Below are positions 62,558-64,000 of a stretch of DNA of 64,000 bases, piece by piece. Source of the DNA: Bacteroidota bacterium (lineage in GTDB: Bacteria; Bacteroidota; Bacteroidia; Bacteroidales; VadinHA17); assembly GCA_043800695.1 (NCBI GenBank), contig JAZDMU010000002.1:126903-190902 (forward strand), written 5' to 3'. Numbering within the stretch: position 1 is the stretch's first letter; each line of letters opens with the position of its first letter. Made by a program: the position numbers and the translations under genes. Below the pieces are notes generated by a model. It saw nothing but the letters and a program-made list of their open reading frames with translations. It searched no databases and was not told the origin of the DNA.

Positions 62558-63124
62558 TTAATTTTTAGTATATTCCATTTCTTCTGTTTTATACCTGTTT
62601 GCCTCATCCATCTCCTTGAGATATGAATTGAGCTCGCGAACCTGTTTTGTTATCGCAATCCTTCCTGAACGGACGAATTGGAGAACTCCATGAGGTTCAA
62701 GCTTTTTAAGCAGCTCGGATATCTCTGCCTTGTGTCCTGTCTTTTCGATGACCATGTATTCAGGTGACACTTCAATTATCCGTCCGTTATAGTTTCTGAC
62801 GATATTATCGATGATGTTTCCCGACATGAGACCTTTTGTAGTAACCTTGTAAAGAGCGATCTCCTGGTATATGATCTCCTCGGAAGTGTGAACGAATACC
62901 TTCAGTACGTCGACCAGTTTTTCAAACTGTTTTGCCACTTTCCTGATCATTTCGGGAGTTGTCTTCACTACCATTGTAAGAAGATGTACGCCTGCGACTG
63001 CAGATTCTGAGGCCGTGATGCTTTCAATATTTATCTGCCGCCTGGTGAGGATTATTGTCACCTGGTTCAGGAGACCGATATGGTTCTCGCTGAAGATCGA
63101 AATTGTAAATTCCTGTTTTCCCAT
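62558..63124 (-). CDS. ilvN: Acetolactate synthase small (regulatory) subunit
   Basis: 188 aa with an ACT domain N-terminus (…FTISIFSENHIGLLNQVTIILTRRQINIESI…). It lies directly after ilvB. Confidence 0.85.
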   Translation of the reverse strand: MGKQEFTISIFSENHIGLLNQVTIILTRRQINIESITASESAVAGVHLLTMVVKTTPEMIRKVAKQFEKLVDVLKVFVHTSEEIIYQEIALYKVTTKGLMSGNIIDNIVRNYNGRIIEVSPEYMVIEKTGHKAEISELLKKLEPHGVLQFVRSGRIAITKQVRELNSYLKEMDEANRYKTEEMEYTKN

Positions 63125-63126
63125 TG

Positions 63127-64000
63127 TTATGCTTTATAATTCAGTGTAACTTCTGATACTGAGGCTCCCGGTTCGATCATAGGCAGAACGTTCCCTTCTT
63201 TCTCAACATGAATGTCGAGGAGGTAAGGTCCTTCTGCTGCCAGCATCTCTTCAAGGGAGCTCCTTAATTCTTCCCGTTCAGTTACTTTCTTTCCCGGAAT
63301 TCCATAACCTTCTGCAACCTTAATAAAATCGGGGTTGACAAGTTCAGTTGATGCATACCTCTTTTTGAAGAACATATCCTGCCACTGCCTTACCATTCCA
63401 AGGAATCCGTTGTTCAATATCACCAGCTTCACCGGGATCCTGTAATGGAGTATCGTTCCAAGTTCCTGGATAGTCATCTGGAGACCTCCGTCACCAATAA
63501 ATGCAATTACCTGTTTTTCAGGTCTGCCGATTTTTGCTCCAATGGAAGCAGGGAGGCCGAAACCCATCGTTCCCATTCCACCCGATGTAACAAATGATGC
63601 AGGCTCCATGAATTTGAAATACCTTGCAGCTGCCATCTGGTTCTGTCCGACGTCAGTTACGATTATGGCATCTCCGCCGGTGAGCTCGGAAACATTCCTT
63701 ATTGCTTCGCCCATCCTTATATTTCCGTCCGCAGGTTTGACTTCGGCTTTGATGACCCTGTCGTATTCGGTTTTATCGCATATCCTGAATTCCCTTATCC
63801 ATGATTCATACGATTTCTCATTGACCAGGGGTATAAGAGCTTGAAGCACCTCCCTGGCATCATTGTGTATTTCAAGGTCAACCTGGACATTTTTATTGAT
63901 CTCCGCCTCATCGATCTCGATATGTATTATCCTGGCCTGTTTGGCATATTTCTTAAGGTTACCGGTGACACGGTCATCAAACCGCATCCCTATTGCGATT
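63127..64000 (-). CDS. ilvB: Acetolactate synthase large subunit, C-terminal part (5' end outside window)
   Basis: The frame is open to the window edge. It has the ThDP-binding motif …GGMGTMGFGLPASIGAKIG…IGDGGLQMTIQELGT…NNGFLGMVRQWQ…. Confidence 0.9.
   Translation of the reverse strand, partial: IAIGMRFDDRVTGNLKKYAKQARIIHIEIDEAEINKNVQVDLEIHNDAREVLQALIPLVNEKSYESWIREFRICDKTEYDRVIKAEVKPADGNIRMGEAIRNVSELTGGDAIIVTDVGQNQMAAARYFKFMEPASFVTSGGMGTMGFGLPASIGAKIGRPEKQVIAFIGDGGLQMTIQELGTILHYRIPVKLVILNNGFLGMVRQWQDMFFKKRYASTELVNPDFIKVAEGYGIPGKKVTEREELRSSLEEMLAAEGPYLLDIHVEKEGNVLPMIEPGASVSEVTLNYKA

Noticed and set aside
1-64000. tRNA, rRNA, tmRNA or riboswitch genes in intergenic regions
   Set aside because: I scanned all gaps over 60 nt by eye. 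None shows a tRNA-like T-arm (GGTTCGAATCC-type) or acceptor pairing, or recognisable riboswitch cores. All structured gaps are explained by attenuators or repeat elements. A covariance-model scan (Infernal/Rfam, tRNAscan-SE) would be needed to be certain.

Overview
This is a Bacteroidota-type chromosomal segment: many TonB-dependent receptors, DUF4249 lipoproteins, TAnnTTTG-type promoter boxes and tightly packed, overlapping genes. All gene calls rest on motif recognition in the supplied translations; no search tools were run.

- **Layout, 0-15 kb:** housekeeping genes (holA, AMP nucleosidase, NUDIX), a PiT phosphate transporter, a PhoR/PhoB-like two-component pair and outer-membrane uptake genes (TBDR, beta-helix lipoprotein, FadL-like porin).
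- **Layout, 15-35 kb:** accessory glycan-degradation and envelope genes. These are two very large GH106-like hydrolases, a GH5, a serine hydrolase, GNAT-MFS, an HGSNAT-like acyltransferase, and a GT28 glycosyltransferase with a metallophosphoesterase.
- **Layout, 35.6-64 kb:** an almost uninterrupted minus-strand amino-acid biosynthesis array. It reads ilvB-ilvN-ilvC-leuA-leuC-leuD-cimA-like-leuB, then hisGDCBHAF-IE, then pheA-aminotransferase-tyrA-DAHP synthase/CM-aroA-trpB2.
- **Leader-peptide attenuators:** three are missing from the ORF track. They are His (MLHHHHHHTCSQARR), Phe/Tyr (MNFVHNYYAYSFYFFFYKER) and Trp (MKFTRTYNWCWCSYSD). Each is followed by a hairpin and T-run.
- **Inserted cassette:** a diverged 108-nt copy of the leuB 3' end sits 4.9 kb from intact leuB. 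The two copies bracket the only plus-strand genes in the array (TBDR plus two paralogous DUF4249 lipoproteins), which marks them as an inserted cassette.
- **Intergenic repeats:** there is a rich repertoire of short-word inverted or heptad repeats (CACAGAG, CACAAAG, CGGAT, GTTACTG) and GC-rich MITE-like nested palindromes. Several sit inside operons or supply stop codons.

I found no cas genes, integrase, transposase, reverse transcriptase, tRNA or rRNA. I cannot point to a clear-cut new defence or enzymatic system; the most novel-looking material is the repeat repertoire and the leuB-flanked cassette.
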